The position numbers and the translations under genes were made by a program. From Treponema sp. (lineage in GTDB: Bacteria; Spirochaetota; Spirochaetia; Treponematales; Treponemataceae): a DNA stretch of 64,000 nucleotides. The DNA lies in the NCBI GenBank assembly GCA_045616545.1, contig JAZLGX010000033.1, positions 10,525-74,524 of the forward strand. Reading direction: 5' to 3'. A model generated the notes under the pieces. The model searched no databases and was not told the DNA's origin. It worked only from the letters and a program-made list of their open reading frames with translations. Below, one piece after another: positions 44,318-53,097 of the stretch. The first letter of the stretch is position 1. Every line of letters begins with the position of its first letter.

Positions 44318-45997
44318 ATGAAAAAAACGTTATCATCAGTAATGGCTGTTGCTTCTTCAATCGCTCTCTTGTCAGGAGCATTGACAGGTTGTAGCAAAAA
44401 AGCCACAAAAGACACATCTGCCAATGGCGGAATAAAAGAATTTACATTCTTTGCAACTGTACCTGGTACAGAACTTAACAATCACAATGACATCCAGGAA
44501 ATTATCGCTGAAAAGACAGGCGTTAAGGTAAAGGAAACATGGCTTACAGGACAGACAGTACAGGAATCTGTAGGTACACTTATCGCTTCCGGTGAATATC
44601 CAGACTTTATCGACGGTGGAAATGGTATGTCTTCTCTCTGGGAAGCTGATGCTCTTATCCCTCTCGACCCATATTTTGATAAATATCCTAATATCAAAAA
44701 CTTTTTGTCAGAAGAAAACTGGGATAAACTCCGCATGCCTGATGGACACATCTATTGGATCCAGCAGTTCGGAAACATCAAGAATGCAGATACAACATGT
44801 ACACACAATGATGAAGCATTCTGGATTCAGACACGTGTACTCGAATGGGCCGGATATCCAAAGATTGAAACTATGGATGAATACTTCGACCTCATCGAAC
44901 GCTATGCTGCTGCTAACCCAACAATGTCTGACGGAACACCAGTTATTCCATACACAATTCTTTGTGATGACTGGAGATACTTCTGTCTCGAAAACGCACC
45001 AGAATTCTTGGACGGATATCCAAACGATGGTTCTGTAATCGTTGATCCAAATACAAAGAAGATTATCGACTACAACACAACACCAACAGCAAAGGCTTAC
45101 TTCAAGAAGCTTAACGAAGAATACAAGAAGGGTATCGTTGACCCAGAAAGCTTTACACAGAGATATGATGAATATAGCGCAAAGATTTCTTCTGGTCGTG
45201 TACTCGGTATGATTGACCAGTGGTGGGACTTCGCTTACACAGGTGAAGCTGCTATCAAACACGCAGGTCTTGATGATGAAGGATGCTGCTACATTCCTCT
45301 CCCAGTAACAATCAAGAAGGGAATGAAGAACCAGTGGCACAACTCAGGTGGAGTTCTTAACGTATCATCTGGTCTTGGTATTACAACAAGCTGTAAGGAT
45401 CCAGAAGCAGCTGTTAAGTTTGTTAACGATCTTTTGAGCCAGGAAATCCATGACCTCCGCAACTGGGGGGTAAAGGATGTTGATTATTACGTTGACGGAA
45501 ATGGTAAGTTCATGAGAACACAGGAACAGCGCGATAGAGGTAATGATACTGCTTGGCAAGCTGCTCACTCATGTCCATATTCATACTTCCCACAGTTTGA
45601 TGGAACAAGTGAAGATGGTATCAATGCTATGAAACCAGCTGGACAGGCAGAAGAGTTCTTTGATGGTCTTCCACAGACAGTTAAAGATGCATTTGCTGCA
45701 TATGGTGTAAAGACATACGTAGGTATGCTCGGTTCTACTCCAGCTCCTGGACCATGGTACCCAATGTACTCATTCTCTAGCTCAATGACAACAGCAACAC
45801 CAGGTGGTGTAGCTTGGGTTAAGATGGGTGAAGTAAAGCACGCTGAACTTCCACGTCTTGTTATGGCTAAGGATTACGAAGCAGCTTGGGATAACTACCT
45901 CAAGATTTACAACACATGTAAACCAGAGGACTTCCTCAGCGAAATGCAGGCTGAGCTTGATCGTCGCCTTGCAGCTGCTGCTAAGTGGGCAAAATAA
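44318..45997 (+). CDS. Extracellular solute-binding lipoprotein of a CUT1-type ABC importer (LplA-like)
   Basis: 559 aa with the lipobox LLSGALTGC and a strong AGGAGG SD. Size and composition are typical of LplA/YtcQ-type oligosaccharide binders. Confidence 0.9.
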   Translation: MKKTLSSVMAVASSIALLSGALTGCSKKATKDTSANGGIKEFTFFATVPGTELNNHNDIQEIIAEKTGVKVKETWLTGQTVQESVGTLIASGEYPDFIDGGNGMSSLWEADALIPLDPYFDKYPNIKNFLSEENWDKLRMPDGHIYWIQQFGNIKNADTTCTHNDEAFWIQTRVLEWAGYPKIETMDEYFDLIERYAAANPTMSDGTPVIPYTILCDDWRYFCLENAPEFLDGYPNDGSVIVDPNTKKIIDYNTTPTAKAYFKKLNEEYKKGIVDPESFTQRYDEYSAKISSGRVLGMIDQWWDFAYTGEAAIKHAGLDDEGCCYIPLPVTIKKGMKNQWHNSGGVLNVSSGLGITTSCKDPEAAVKFVNDLLSQEIHDLRNWGVKDVDYYVDGNGKFMRTQEQRDRGNDTAWQAAHSCPYSYFPQFDGTSEDGINAMKPAGQAEEFFDGLPQTVKDAFAAYGVKTYVGMLGSTPAPGPWYPMYSFSSSMTTATPGGVAWVKMGEVKHAELPRLVMAKDYEAAWDNYLKIYNTCKPEDFLSEMQAELDRRLAAAAKWAK

Positions 45998-46003
45998 ATA
46001 ACA

Positions 46004-46078
46004 TCAGCTGCAGCTTAATAATCTGCAGCTGACTGTAAACTGGTCTTAGGCAACTTTATGATTGCATAAGGCCAGTTT
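46004..46078 (+). other. Two consecutive strong intercistronic hairpins between the binding-protein and permease genes
   Basis: TCAGCTGCAG (46004-13) pairs with CTGCAGCTGA (46023-32) as a perfect 10-bp stem. AAACTGGTCTTAGGCAA (46037-53) pairs with TTGCATAAGGCCAGTTT (46062-78) at 15/17 positions. No T-tract follows. Confidence 0.65.
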
Positions 46079-46166
46079 CAACAAACCACAGTATATAAAA
46101 AAACATATTCCAGCATTCCGGATAAAGATTTGGGATGCTTTTTCTTGGCCTAATTGGAGTTAAACT

Positions 46167-47117
46167 ATGGCATTTTTTACACCTAAATCAAAACCTACAG
46201 AATATAAAGTACCAATTACATGGAAAGAAATCAAAAGACAAAAAGTTTTAATCATCTGGTCTCTCTTCTTTGTTGCTTTCGGTTTACTGTTCAATTATAT
46301 TCCACTTGTCGGTTGGCTGATGGCTTTCCAGAATTATAAGCCAAAGACAGGACTATTCCACTCTCCTTGGATTGGATCTGCAAAATTTATACAACTATTT
46401 TCTGACAGAACATTCCTTCTTGTTCTCAGAAACACACTTTGTATGGGTATACTGAACCTTGCTACAGGTTTCTTCATGGCAATTCTTTTTGCCATTCTCC
46501 TCAATGAAGTTGCTAACAGACATTGTAAAAAAGTTATTCAGACTATTTCTTACCTTCCACACTTTCTTTCATGGATTATAGTAACAGGAATCCTTCATGA
46601 CGCTTTAAGTGGAACAGGTATTGTAAACGAGATTTTACTTAAGACTGGTGTTGTCAACCAGCAAATTAACTTCTTTGCGCATAAAGAATACTTCTGGCCT
46701 ATAGTTGCCTTTGCCAATGTATGGAAGGAAACAGGTTGGAATGCAATCATATATCTTGCCGCAATTACAGCCATTGACCCATGTCTATACGAGGCAATTG
46801 CTATTGATGGTGGTGGAAGATGGGCTCGTATCAAGTACGTAACACTTCCAGGCATCAAACCAACATTCATGATTCTTCTTATCATGAATATCGGTAACGT
46901 TCTTAATGCCGGATTCGAAATCCAGTATCTTCTTGGTAACGGTCTTGTACAGGAAGTATCACAGACAATCGATATCTACGTTCTTCGCTGGGGTATCAGT
47001 CAGAGCGACTACTCTCTGGGTACAGCAGCCGGTATCTTCAAGAGCGCAGTAAGTATCATCCTTATCGTCATCGCCAACAAAATTGCAAAGCATAACGGTG
47101 ACTCAAAACTTTACTAA
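46167..47117 (+). CDS. ABC sugar transporter permease (LplB-like)
   Basis: 316 aa with 6 TM helices and an EAA-loop region (EAIAIDGGGRWARIKYVTLPGIKP). Confidence 0.9.
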   Translation: MAFFTPKSKPTEYKVPITWKEIKRQKVLIIWSLFFVAFGLLFNYIPLVGWLMAFQNYKPKTGLFHSPWIGSAKFIQLFSDRTFLLVLRNTLCMGILNLATGFFMAILFAILLNEVANRHCKKVIQTISYLPHFLSWIIVTGILHDALSGTGIVNEILLKTGVVNQQINFFAHKEYFWPIVAFANVWKETGWNAIIYLAAITAIDPCLYEAIAIDGGGRWARIKYVTLPGIKPTFMILLIMNIGNVLNAGFEIQYLLGNGLVQEVSQTIDIYVLRWGISQSDYSLGTAAGIFKSAVSIILIVIANKIAKHNGDSKLY

Positions 47118-47134
47118 CAGGAGTATATAAAAAA

Positions 47135-48031
47135 ATGGCTAATACAAGAAAAAAACGTGTAATGACAGAAGATTATATATTCCATATCATCAATGGCATA
47201 TTCATGGCTCTGTTCCTCTTGATAACACTCTATCCTGTATTGAACACACTGGCTATATCATTGAATGACGGTACAGATGCTCTTAAGGGAGGAATCCATA
47301 TGATTCCTCGTGTACTTACATTCAAGAACTATATAACAGTCCTACAGAAGGATAACCTTATTACAGGTGCTTACATTACAGTACTCCGTACAGTAATAGG
47401 AACACTCTTTGCTCTTGCAGCAAATGCACTGCTTGCATTCATCGTAAGTCAGAAGAACTTTGTATTCCGCAAGCAGCTTTCCCTTTTCTGGGTTATCACA
47501 ATGTATGTAAATGGTGGTCTTATCCCTACATTCATCTTGTTCCGTACACTCCACCTTACAAACAGCTTCTGGGTATATGTAATTCCAGGTATGATCAGCT
47601 GTTTTAACATGCTGGTTATCCGTACATACATGGAAGGTATCCCTGAATCCCTTACAGAATCAGCTCAGCTTGATGGAGCCGGATATTGGATTATCTTCTC
47701 AAGAATTATTTCACCATTGTGTAAACCTGTATACGCAACAGTAGCTCTCTTCGTTGCAGTAGGACAGTGGAACTCATGGTTTGACGCAATGCTTTATAAC
47801 CGTCTCAACAGCGGTCTTACAACATTGCAGTACGAACTCATGAAACTCATGTCTTCTGTAACAAACCAGAGTGGTTCTGTTGAATCAATGAAGAATGCAA
47901 CAAATACAGTAACACCTGCATCGATTCGTTCCGCAGCAACAATCGTAACAATGCTCCCTATTATCTGTGTTTATCCATTCTTACAGAAGTACTTTGTAAC
48001 AGGACTTACCCTTGGTGGTGTAAAAGAGTAA
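47135..48031 (+). CDS. ABC sugar transporter permease (LplC-like)
   Basis: 298 aa with 6 TM helices and an EAA loop (ESAQLDGAGYWIIFSRIISPLCKP). Confidence 0.9.
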   Translation: MANTRKKRVMTEDYIFHIINGIFMALFLLITLYPVLNTLAISLNDGTDALKGGIHMIPRVLTFKNYITVLQKDNLITGAYITVLRTVIGTLFALAANALLAFIVSQKNFVFRKQLSLFWVITMYVNGGLIPTFILFRTLHLTNSFWVYVIPGMISCFNMLVIRTYMEGIPESLTESAQLDGAGYWIIFSRIISPLCKPVYATVALFVAVGQWNSWFDAMLYNRLNSGLTTLQYELMKLMSSVTNQSGSVESMKNATNTVTPASIRSAATIVTMLPIICVYPFLQKYFVTGLTLGGVKE

Positions 48032-48068
48032 GCTCCTTCTCTAAGACTTATACTTCATACGTTCCTCC

Positions 48069-48110
48069 AACGGCAGCTTATGGCTCAACTCCATAAGCTG
48101 CCGTTTTTTT
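48069..48110 (+). terminator. Strong rho-independent terminator ending the importer operon
   Basis: AACGGCAGCTTATGG-CTCAACT-CCATAAGCTGCCGTT forms a 15-bp perfect stem whose 3' end runs directly into a run of seven T. Confidence 0.85.
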
Positions 48111-48165
48111 ATGTTATCATGGTTATACCAGTTATTTGCAATATAATATTTAGGTGGAGATATCT

Positions 48166-50100
48166 ATGTTTGCAAACGCCTTTTTTATGATGGGATGCCT
48201 TTTTACATGTATGCTGGTACTCATCTGCATTATATTTATATATTATCCTCAAAAGAGGCTCTTTTCTTCGGCATCCAAAGCATTCAGCTTGCTGCTTGTC
48301 TTTTTATTCTTTACACTGCTCTTTGATAGCTTTTCCTATGCAATCGAGTTTTTCAGGTCATTACGGACGTATTCATGGGCCTGCATAATAATGTGGGGAT
48401 TCACAATATGTACCCTTGTAGACCTCAACGGAATGGCAAACTACTGCTATCTTATGACTTTTGCCCGTAAAAGAAAGATTTCAAGTCCATTTATTCTGCT
48501 TACTTCCCTTCCCTCTGTCATAGCTCTGTTTATATTCATCATAATGCACAGCCGAAATGATTTCTTCACCTTTGATGATGATTTTCTTGGCTTTAACCCT
48601 AAGATTCTCAATGTGATAGTATCACTTTATCTGATCTACGGCCTCATTATGTTTTTGTGTGTAGTTTCCTACAGGAAAGAGCAGATCATAAAAGCAGGAA
48701 TTGTCATTGACCTACTTGTAATTGTACAATTAGCAATAATGGTTTACATAGCAAAAAAATACTATGTGCTCACTGACTCAATCTTTATAACGCTGGACAT
48801 ACTTGTACTGTTTATAACAGTACAGTCCCCAAAGAACTGTGTTGACTCTGAGTTCGGCTGCTTTGACAACAAAGCACTGGACCTGATACTTGAAGACCTG
48901 GACATGAGCCAGAGAAATTACTATCTATTTACAATCGAAATTGTGAATATAAAATATTATCAGGCAAAATACGGAGCAGAATTTGTAACAAAATTACAAA
49001 GCAAGCTGTACTCTCTTATGCCCAAGGACAGCCAAAAGCTTACTACTTACAGGCATTCAACAAACACATTTGTCTCCATAACAAGAGACTTCAACCAGTA
49101 TCAGAAGATGCTGGAATATATTAAGGATCATCTTAGCGAAACCTGGTACATCGATGGCAGTAAGTTTGAAGTATTATTTCAGATATCACATTATTACAAG
49201 GATTATAAGAGTGATGACGAGAACTCCTTTATTTTCTTGGACAGGATAATCAGTCATCTTCGTCGGGACTCCAAGAAACAATTACTTTGCATAAATGAAA
49301 CAAAAGAACTCATGAACCGGGAAGTACTTGTACAAAATGCAATCAAGGCTGCCATCAACAAAGAAACTTTCCAGATTTACATCCAGCCCATATTCAACCT
49401 GAATACCAGGAAATTTGACAAAGGCGAAGTACTTATAAGACTTATAGATCCTATACTAGGCTTTATTCCTCCTGATGAATTTATCCCCATGGCCGAAAGA
49501 ATGAACTTTACAAAAGATATAACCCATCAGCTGATAGCAAAGACTTTGCAGTATCTCTCCCAGACAGATATCATGGACCATGGAATCACAAATCTCAACA
49601 TAAACCTGTCCACAATAGACCTTACAAATAACGGCATAGACATATATCTTACTGACATGCTCAGGAAGTTTTCACTCTCCCCTTCCAACATTACCCTAGA
49701 AGTAACGGAAACCGCCGAGACAGAATCTGAAACCCTCATATCTACCTGCATAAGGAATTTCCATGAAGAAGGATTTTTCATAGCTCTGGATGATTACGGC
49801 ACTGGATACTCAAACATAGAGCGTATCCTTTCTATGCCTTTTGACTTCATAAAGATTGACAAGAACCTTTTGACACTGAGTACCCATAGCCATATCAACG
49901 AGATCCTGCTCCGTAAGAACATCGAAATGCTCAAGGAATGCGGTTACAAGATAGTAGTAGAAGGAGTCGAAAAGGATAGCCAGGTAGAATTCCTCGGAAA
50001 ACTTGGAGTCGATTACATACAGGGATATTTCTATGCACGGCCAATGCCTCTAAATGACTTTACCTCATTCATAAAGGAACATAATCAAGGACAGCACTAA
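48166..50100 (+). CDS. Membrane-bound c-di-GMP phosphodiesterase: multi-TM sensor, degenerate GGDEF and EAL domains
   Basis: The EAL-domain motifs are intact: EVLIRL, NLNINLS, EVTE, DDYGTGYSN, KIDK, EGVE and QGYF. The GGDEF-position motif reads HSTNTF. There are about 7 N-terminal TM helices. GGTGGAG lies 6 nt before the ATG at 48166. Confidence 0.85.
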   Translation: MFANAFFMMGCLFTCMLVLICIIFIYYPQKRLFSSASKAFSLLLVFLFFTLLFDSFSYAIEFFRSLRTYSWACIIMWGFTICTLVDLNGMANYCYLMTFARKRKISSPFILLTSLPSVIALFIFIIMHSRNDFFTFDDDFLGFNPKILNVIVSLYLIYGLIMFLCVVSYRKEQIIKAGIVIDLLVIVQLAIMVYIAKKYYVLTDSIFITLDILVLFITVQSPKNCVDSEFGCFDNKALDLILEDLDMSQRNYYLFTIEIVNIKYYQAKYGAEFVTKLQSKLYSLMPKDSQKLTTYRHSTNTFVSITRDFNQYQKMLEYIKDHLSETWYIDGSKFEVLFQISHYYKDYKSDDENSFIFLDRIISHLRRDSKKQLLCINETKELMNREVLVQNAIKAAINKETFQIYIQPIFNLNTRKFDKGEVLIRLIDPILGFIPPDEFIPMAERMNFTKDITHQLIAKTLQYLSQTDIMDHGITNLNINLSTIDLTNNGIDIYLTDMLRKFSLSPSNITLEVTETAETESETLISTCIRNFHEEGFFIALDDYGTGYSNIERILSMPFDFIKIDKNLLTLSTHSHINEILLRKNIEMLKECGYKIVVEGVEKDSQVEFLGKLGVDYIQGYFYARPMPLNDFTSFIKEHNQGQH

Positions 50101-50191
50101 AAATTGCAATTTTTGCCTATGAAAAAATATTTTTTTGCCTAGGTAAATTGATTTTTTTTGCCTATGTAAAATATTTTTTTTCATAGGCAAA
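50099..50191. repeat. Phased 22/23-bp A/T-tract repeat array, copy 3 (inverted relative to copies 1 and 2), abutting an AAAATTGCAATTTTT half-element
   Basis: GCCTATGAAAAAA (50115), GCCTAGGTAAA (50137) and GCCTATGTAAAA (50160) are followed by TTTTTTTTCATAGGCAAA (50174-50191). The reverse complement reproduces the architecture of one inverted plus three direct units. Confidence 0.75.
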
Positions 50192-50227
50192 TCCAGAGAT
50201 AATAATCAGATTATTTTAAAGTTCACC

Positions 50228-50256
50228 TTGACGTGGTTCCTGAGATTTATTATCTT
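50228..50256 (+). promoter_or_regulatory. Candidate sigma70-like promoter for the DUF445 gene
   Basis: TTGACG (50228-33), a 17-nt spacer and TATCTT (50251-56) are present. The ATG at 50266 follows 9 nt later, giving a very short or absent leader. Confidence 0.4.
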
Positions 50257-50265
50257 CTAGTTACT

Positions 50266-51147
50266 ATGATACTTAAATATATAATGGGACCTGTGATAGG
50301 ATCCGTAATAGGTTATTTTACTAATTTTCTGGCAGTAAAGATGCTGTTCAGACCAAAGCACGAAGTAAGGCTCTTTGGACATCGCCTGCCTTTTACTCCT
50401 GGTGCAATTCCTAAGGGGAAACCTCGTCTTGCAAGAGCTGTAGGACAGGTAGTAGCCGGAAACCTCGTAACAAAAGAAAACATAACAGGTAAACTCACCT
50501 CCCCGGAAACAAAGCAATCTGTAATCAGCACAATAATGGCACACCTTGATGACAGCATAAAAAGCAATGTCATGCCCCTTACCCCAAGCCAGTCCAGCTA
50601 TGATGTGATGAAGAAACATATTGCCGACACTATTGCAGGGGAAGTTATGAATGCTTTGCTGAGTGTGGATATTGCCGGCATGATCACGACAGAAGGCAGC
50701 CGCATAATCAAGGAAAAGACTCGGGGAACAATGCTCCAGATGTTTGTAAGAGACGACTTGATTGCATCCATGACAGGACCAATCGCACAGGAAGTTGTCA
50801 ATCTTATCGAAACAAGAGGTCCTGCCTTCCTGACTGACAAGGTAAGCGAAAAACTTGACCAGTACGACAGCACTCCAGTAACACAGCTTCTTCAGTCCTT
50901 TGGACTTACACGCGAGACTCTCGAAAGCATAATCTGCAATGCCTATGACAGCATTGTTGACAAGATAGTAGACAAGTTCCTTACAACCCTTAATATCTCA
51001 CAGGTTGTAGAAGATCAGATCAATGACATGACTGTAGAAGAACTGGAAAAACTGGTTCTCTCTGTAATGAAAAAGGAACTGGACACCATAGTCAACCTGG
51101 GAGCATTGATAGGTGCCATCATAGGAACAATAAACATATTCATCTAA
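50266..51147 (+). CDS. DUF445-family membrane-associated protein
   Basis: The N-terminus MILKYIMGPVIGSVIGYFTNFLAVKMLFRP is the conserved DUF445 opening. The protein has a helical body and a C-terminal TM (GALIGAIIGTINIFI). The GTG at 50233 lies inside the putative -35. Confidence 0.75.
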   Translation: MILKYIMGPVIGSVIGYFTNFLAVKMLFRPKHEVRLFGHRLPFTPGAIPKGKPRLARAVGQVVAGNLVTKENITGKLTSPETKQSVISTIMAHLDDSIKSNVMPLTPSQSSYDVMKKHIADTIAGEVMNALLSVDIAGMITTEGSRIIKEKTRGTMLQMFVRDDLIASMTGPIAQEVVNLIETRGPAFLTDKVSEKLDQYDSTPVTQLLQSFGLTRETLESIICNAYDSIVDKIVDKFLTTLNISQVVEDQINDMTVEELEKLVLSVMKKELDTIVNLGALIGAIIGTINIFI

Positions 51148-51154
51148 ATAAAAT

Positions 51155-51200
51155 AAAAAAGCCCTGCAGAGAACAGAAGGAGGAAACGTTCCTGCAGGGC
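51155..51200 (-). terminator. Terminator of the GH43 gene, shared intergenic hairpin with the DUF445 gene
   Basis: GCCCTGCAG(A)GAAC pairs with GTTCCTGCAGGGC as a 13-bp stem with one bulge. The plus-strand A-tract gives a T-tail on the minus strand. Confidence 0.65.
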
Positions 51201-51215
51201 CACACTTAATTCTAA

Positions 51216-52835
51216 TTATTCGGCATTGTAGTCAAAGTATTCAAACTCTGCTGTTTTTTTGTAGAACTCTGTATCTACACAGAACATTCCGACAAATGCA
51301 CCTGTAAATCCCTGACCTGCATATTCATCACTCAGTTTTGTTGCATCACATACAGGACGGATAGCACGGTAGTTTTCTCCATCAAGGGACCACCAGAACT
51401 CTGCCTTTCCGTATTCTACTACGAGGCGAAGATATACAGGACATCCAGCAGGAATTGCAATTTCCATTCCCCTGTCAAAGTAATCAGGCATAATGGTATT
51501 GAGCTGGAGAACTTTGCCCTTCTTCTCATCATATGTTACCTGGAGAAGATACTGGGTTTCTTCGTCATAGCGGTATACCATACCTGCATACTGCTGGTGA
51601 TAGTCAGGTTCAAAGTACAACTTTGTCTCTGCTGTAAAGCAGAACTCCTGCTGGCGGCGGCAAAGGATACCCTGCTCATATGTACTCCATGGAGACTGTC
51701 CTCCTGTAATCGAGAGGAATCCTGGATGACGGGTAATGCTAAATCTGTCTTCTGTTATAGGACAGCGTAAAGTCTTGAAATCCTTGTAGAAGTCCTTGTC
51801 ATTGAATGTGTAATGTACATGACCTTTTCCGCTATAGCGCTGTGGTGTATTTTCTGTAATTGTCTCCTCTGGTACTTCGATGTAATCAGGAGGTGTATTT
51901 CTGAGGCTTCCGTCAGCCTGCATTACATATGGCCAGCCATCTTTCCATGTAAGTTCAGCAATTCCTGTCTCTCTTCCAAGGACACATCTTTCTGTTCCCT
52001 TGTATGGACGACCTGCAAGATAAACAAGATACCATCTCTTACCGTCGAGGCTCTGGCACCAAGAACCGTGACCTGCTCTCTGGAGCATGAGTTCAGGGTG
52101 ACCATAGCTTGAGATGAGAGGGTTTGCAGGATGAACTTCGTATGGACCTTCAATATTGCGGCTTCTTCCTACAGTTATTGCATGTTCATAACATGTTCCA
52201 CCTTCTGCGCAGGCAATGTAATACCAACCGTCTTTCTTGTACAAGTGAGGACCTTCAACAAGGCCAATATCTGTTCCGTCAAAAATCTTGTATCTCTTTT
52301 CGCCCAAAGTCTTTGTCTCAGGGAAGTACTCTCTCATGAGAATTCCTGTAAACTGTCTTGCTCCGGCGTTTCCCCTGTAATCCCATTCCATGTTGATGTA
52401 CCAGTGGCGTCCGTCATCATCATGGAACATCGATGCATCAAATCCAGAAGCGTTAAGGAATACTGGATCTGACCAAGGACCTTCAATACTTGGAGCTGTT
52501 GTAAGGTAGTTAGGACAATCCTTCATTGTTCCTACATTCCAGTTTCGAACATTTGTATATATGAGATAAAAAAGTCCATCAGAATATGAGAGACAAGGAG
52601 CCCAGATTCCACAGCTTGCCTTTTCTCCAAGCATATTGAGAAGACGATTTTCGCTTAATGGAGAAGGAACTGCATCCCAGTGCATCAAATCCTTGGAGCG
52701 GCTAAGTTCTACGCCAGGGTACCACTCGAATGTGGAGTTGGCAATGTAATATTCTCCATTTGCCTGACAAATGGATGGGTCTGCATGAAAACCTGGAAGA
52801 ATCGGGTTATTTATGCGTACTACTTTGTTTGACAT
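51216..52835 (-). CDS. GH43 beta-xylosidase/alpha-L-arabinofuranosidase (XynB-like, with C-terminal beta-sandwich)
   Basis: 539 aa. NPILPGFHADPSI contains the catalytic Asp block. It has a five-bladed propeller pattern (WAPCLSY.DGLFYLIY, EGPHLYKKDGWYY) and no signal peptide. Confidence 0.9.
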   Translation of the reverse strand: MSNKVVRINNPILPGFHADPSICQANGEYYIANSTFEWYPGVELSRSKDLMHWDAVPSPLSENRLLNMLGEKASCGIWAPCLSYSDGLFYLIYTNVRNWNVGTMKDCPNYLTTAPSIEGPWSDPVFLNASGFDASMFHDDDGRHWYINMEWDYRGNAGARQFTGILMREYFPETKTLGEKRYKIFDGTDIGLVEGPHLYKKDGWYYIACAEGGTCYEHAITVGRSRNIEGPYEVHPANPLISSYGHPELMLQRAGHGSWCQSLDGKRWYLVYLAGRPYKGTERCVLGRETGIAELTWKDGWPYVMQADGSLRNTPPDYIEVPEETITENTPQRYSGKGHVHYTFNDKDFYKDFKTLRCPITEDRFSITRHPGFLSITGGQSPWSTYEQGILCRRQQEFCFTAETKLYFEPDYHQQYAGMVYRYDEETQYLLQVTYDEKKGKVLQLNTIMPDYFDRGMEIAIPAGCPVYLRLVVEYGKAEFWWSLDGENYRAIRPVCDATKLSDEYAGQGFTGAFVGMFCVDTEFYKKTAEFEYFDYNAE

Positions 52836-53097
52836 ATATTTTCCTCACAAAACTATATTTTCAACACATCAATTATATTTAGAGGTGCCATTATAACAAT
52901 AAAATTATACCATCATTATTTTGTACCTACATTCGAATTATAATCATATGTATAGTAAATATTGCTATCTTTTGCCCCCAGATACGATAAAATCTTCCAT
53001 TATTATTGTATTTTAGAACAATAGTCTGTAAAATCGATGTGTCAATGGGTAGATTCAATGTCTGAAATCAAAAACATAAAAAATATCGAGGAAAACA

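Noticed and set aside
44058-44321. 87-aa ORF spanning the gap between the response regulator and the binding-protein gene
   Set aside because: It overlaps both flanking genes, has no SD and is low in complexity. The region more likely holds the SBP promoter or a YesN target (note the AGAAACGAGT direct repeat).
50233-50265. GTG start for the DUF445 gene
   Set aside because: The GTG's first base is the last base of the candidate -35 hexamer (TTGACG, 50228-50233). The family's conserved N-terminus begins at the ATG at 50266.
51455-51475. ATTGCAATTTCCA match to the palindromic element inside the GH43 coding sequence
   Set aside because: Only the 13-nt core matches, the flanking arms are absent, and it encodes conserved protein sequence. 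It is most likely chance.
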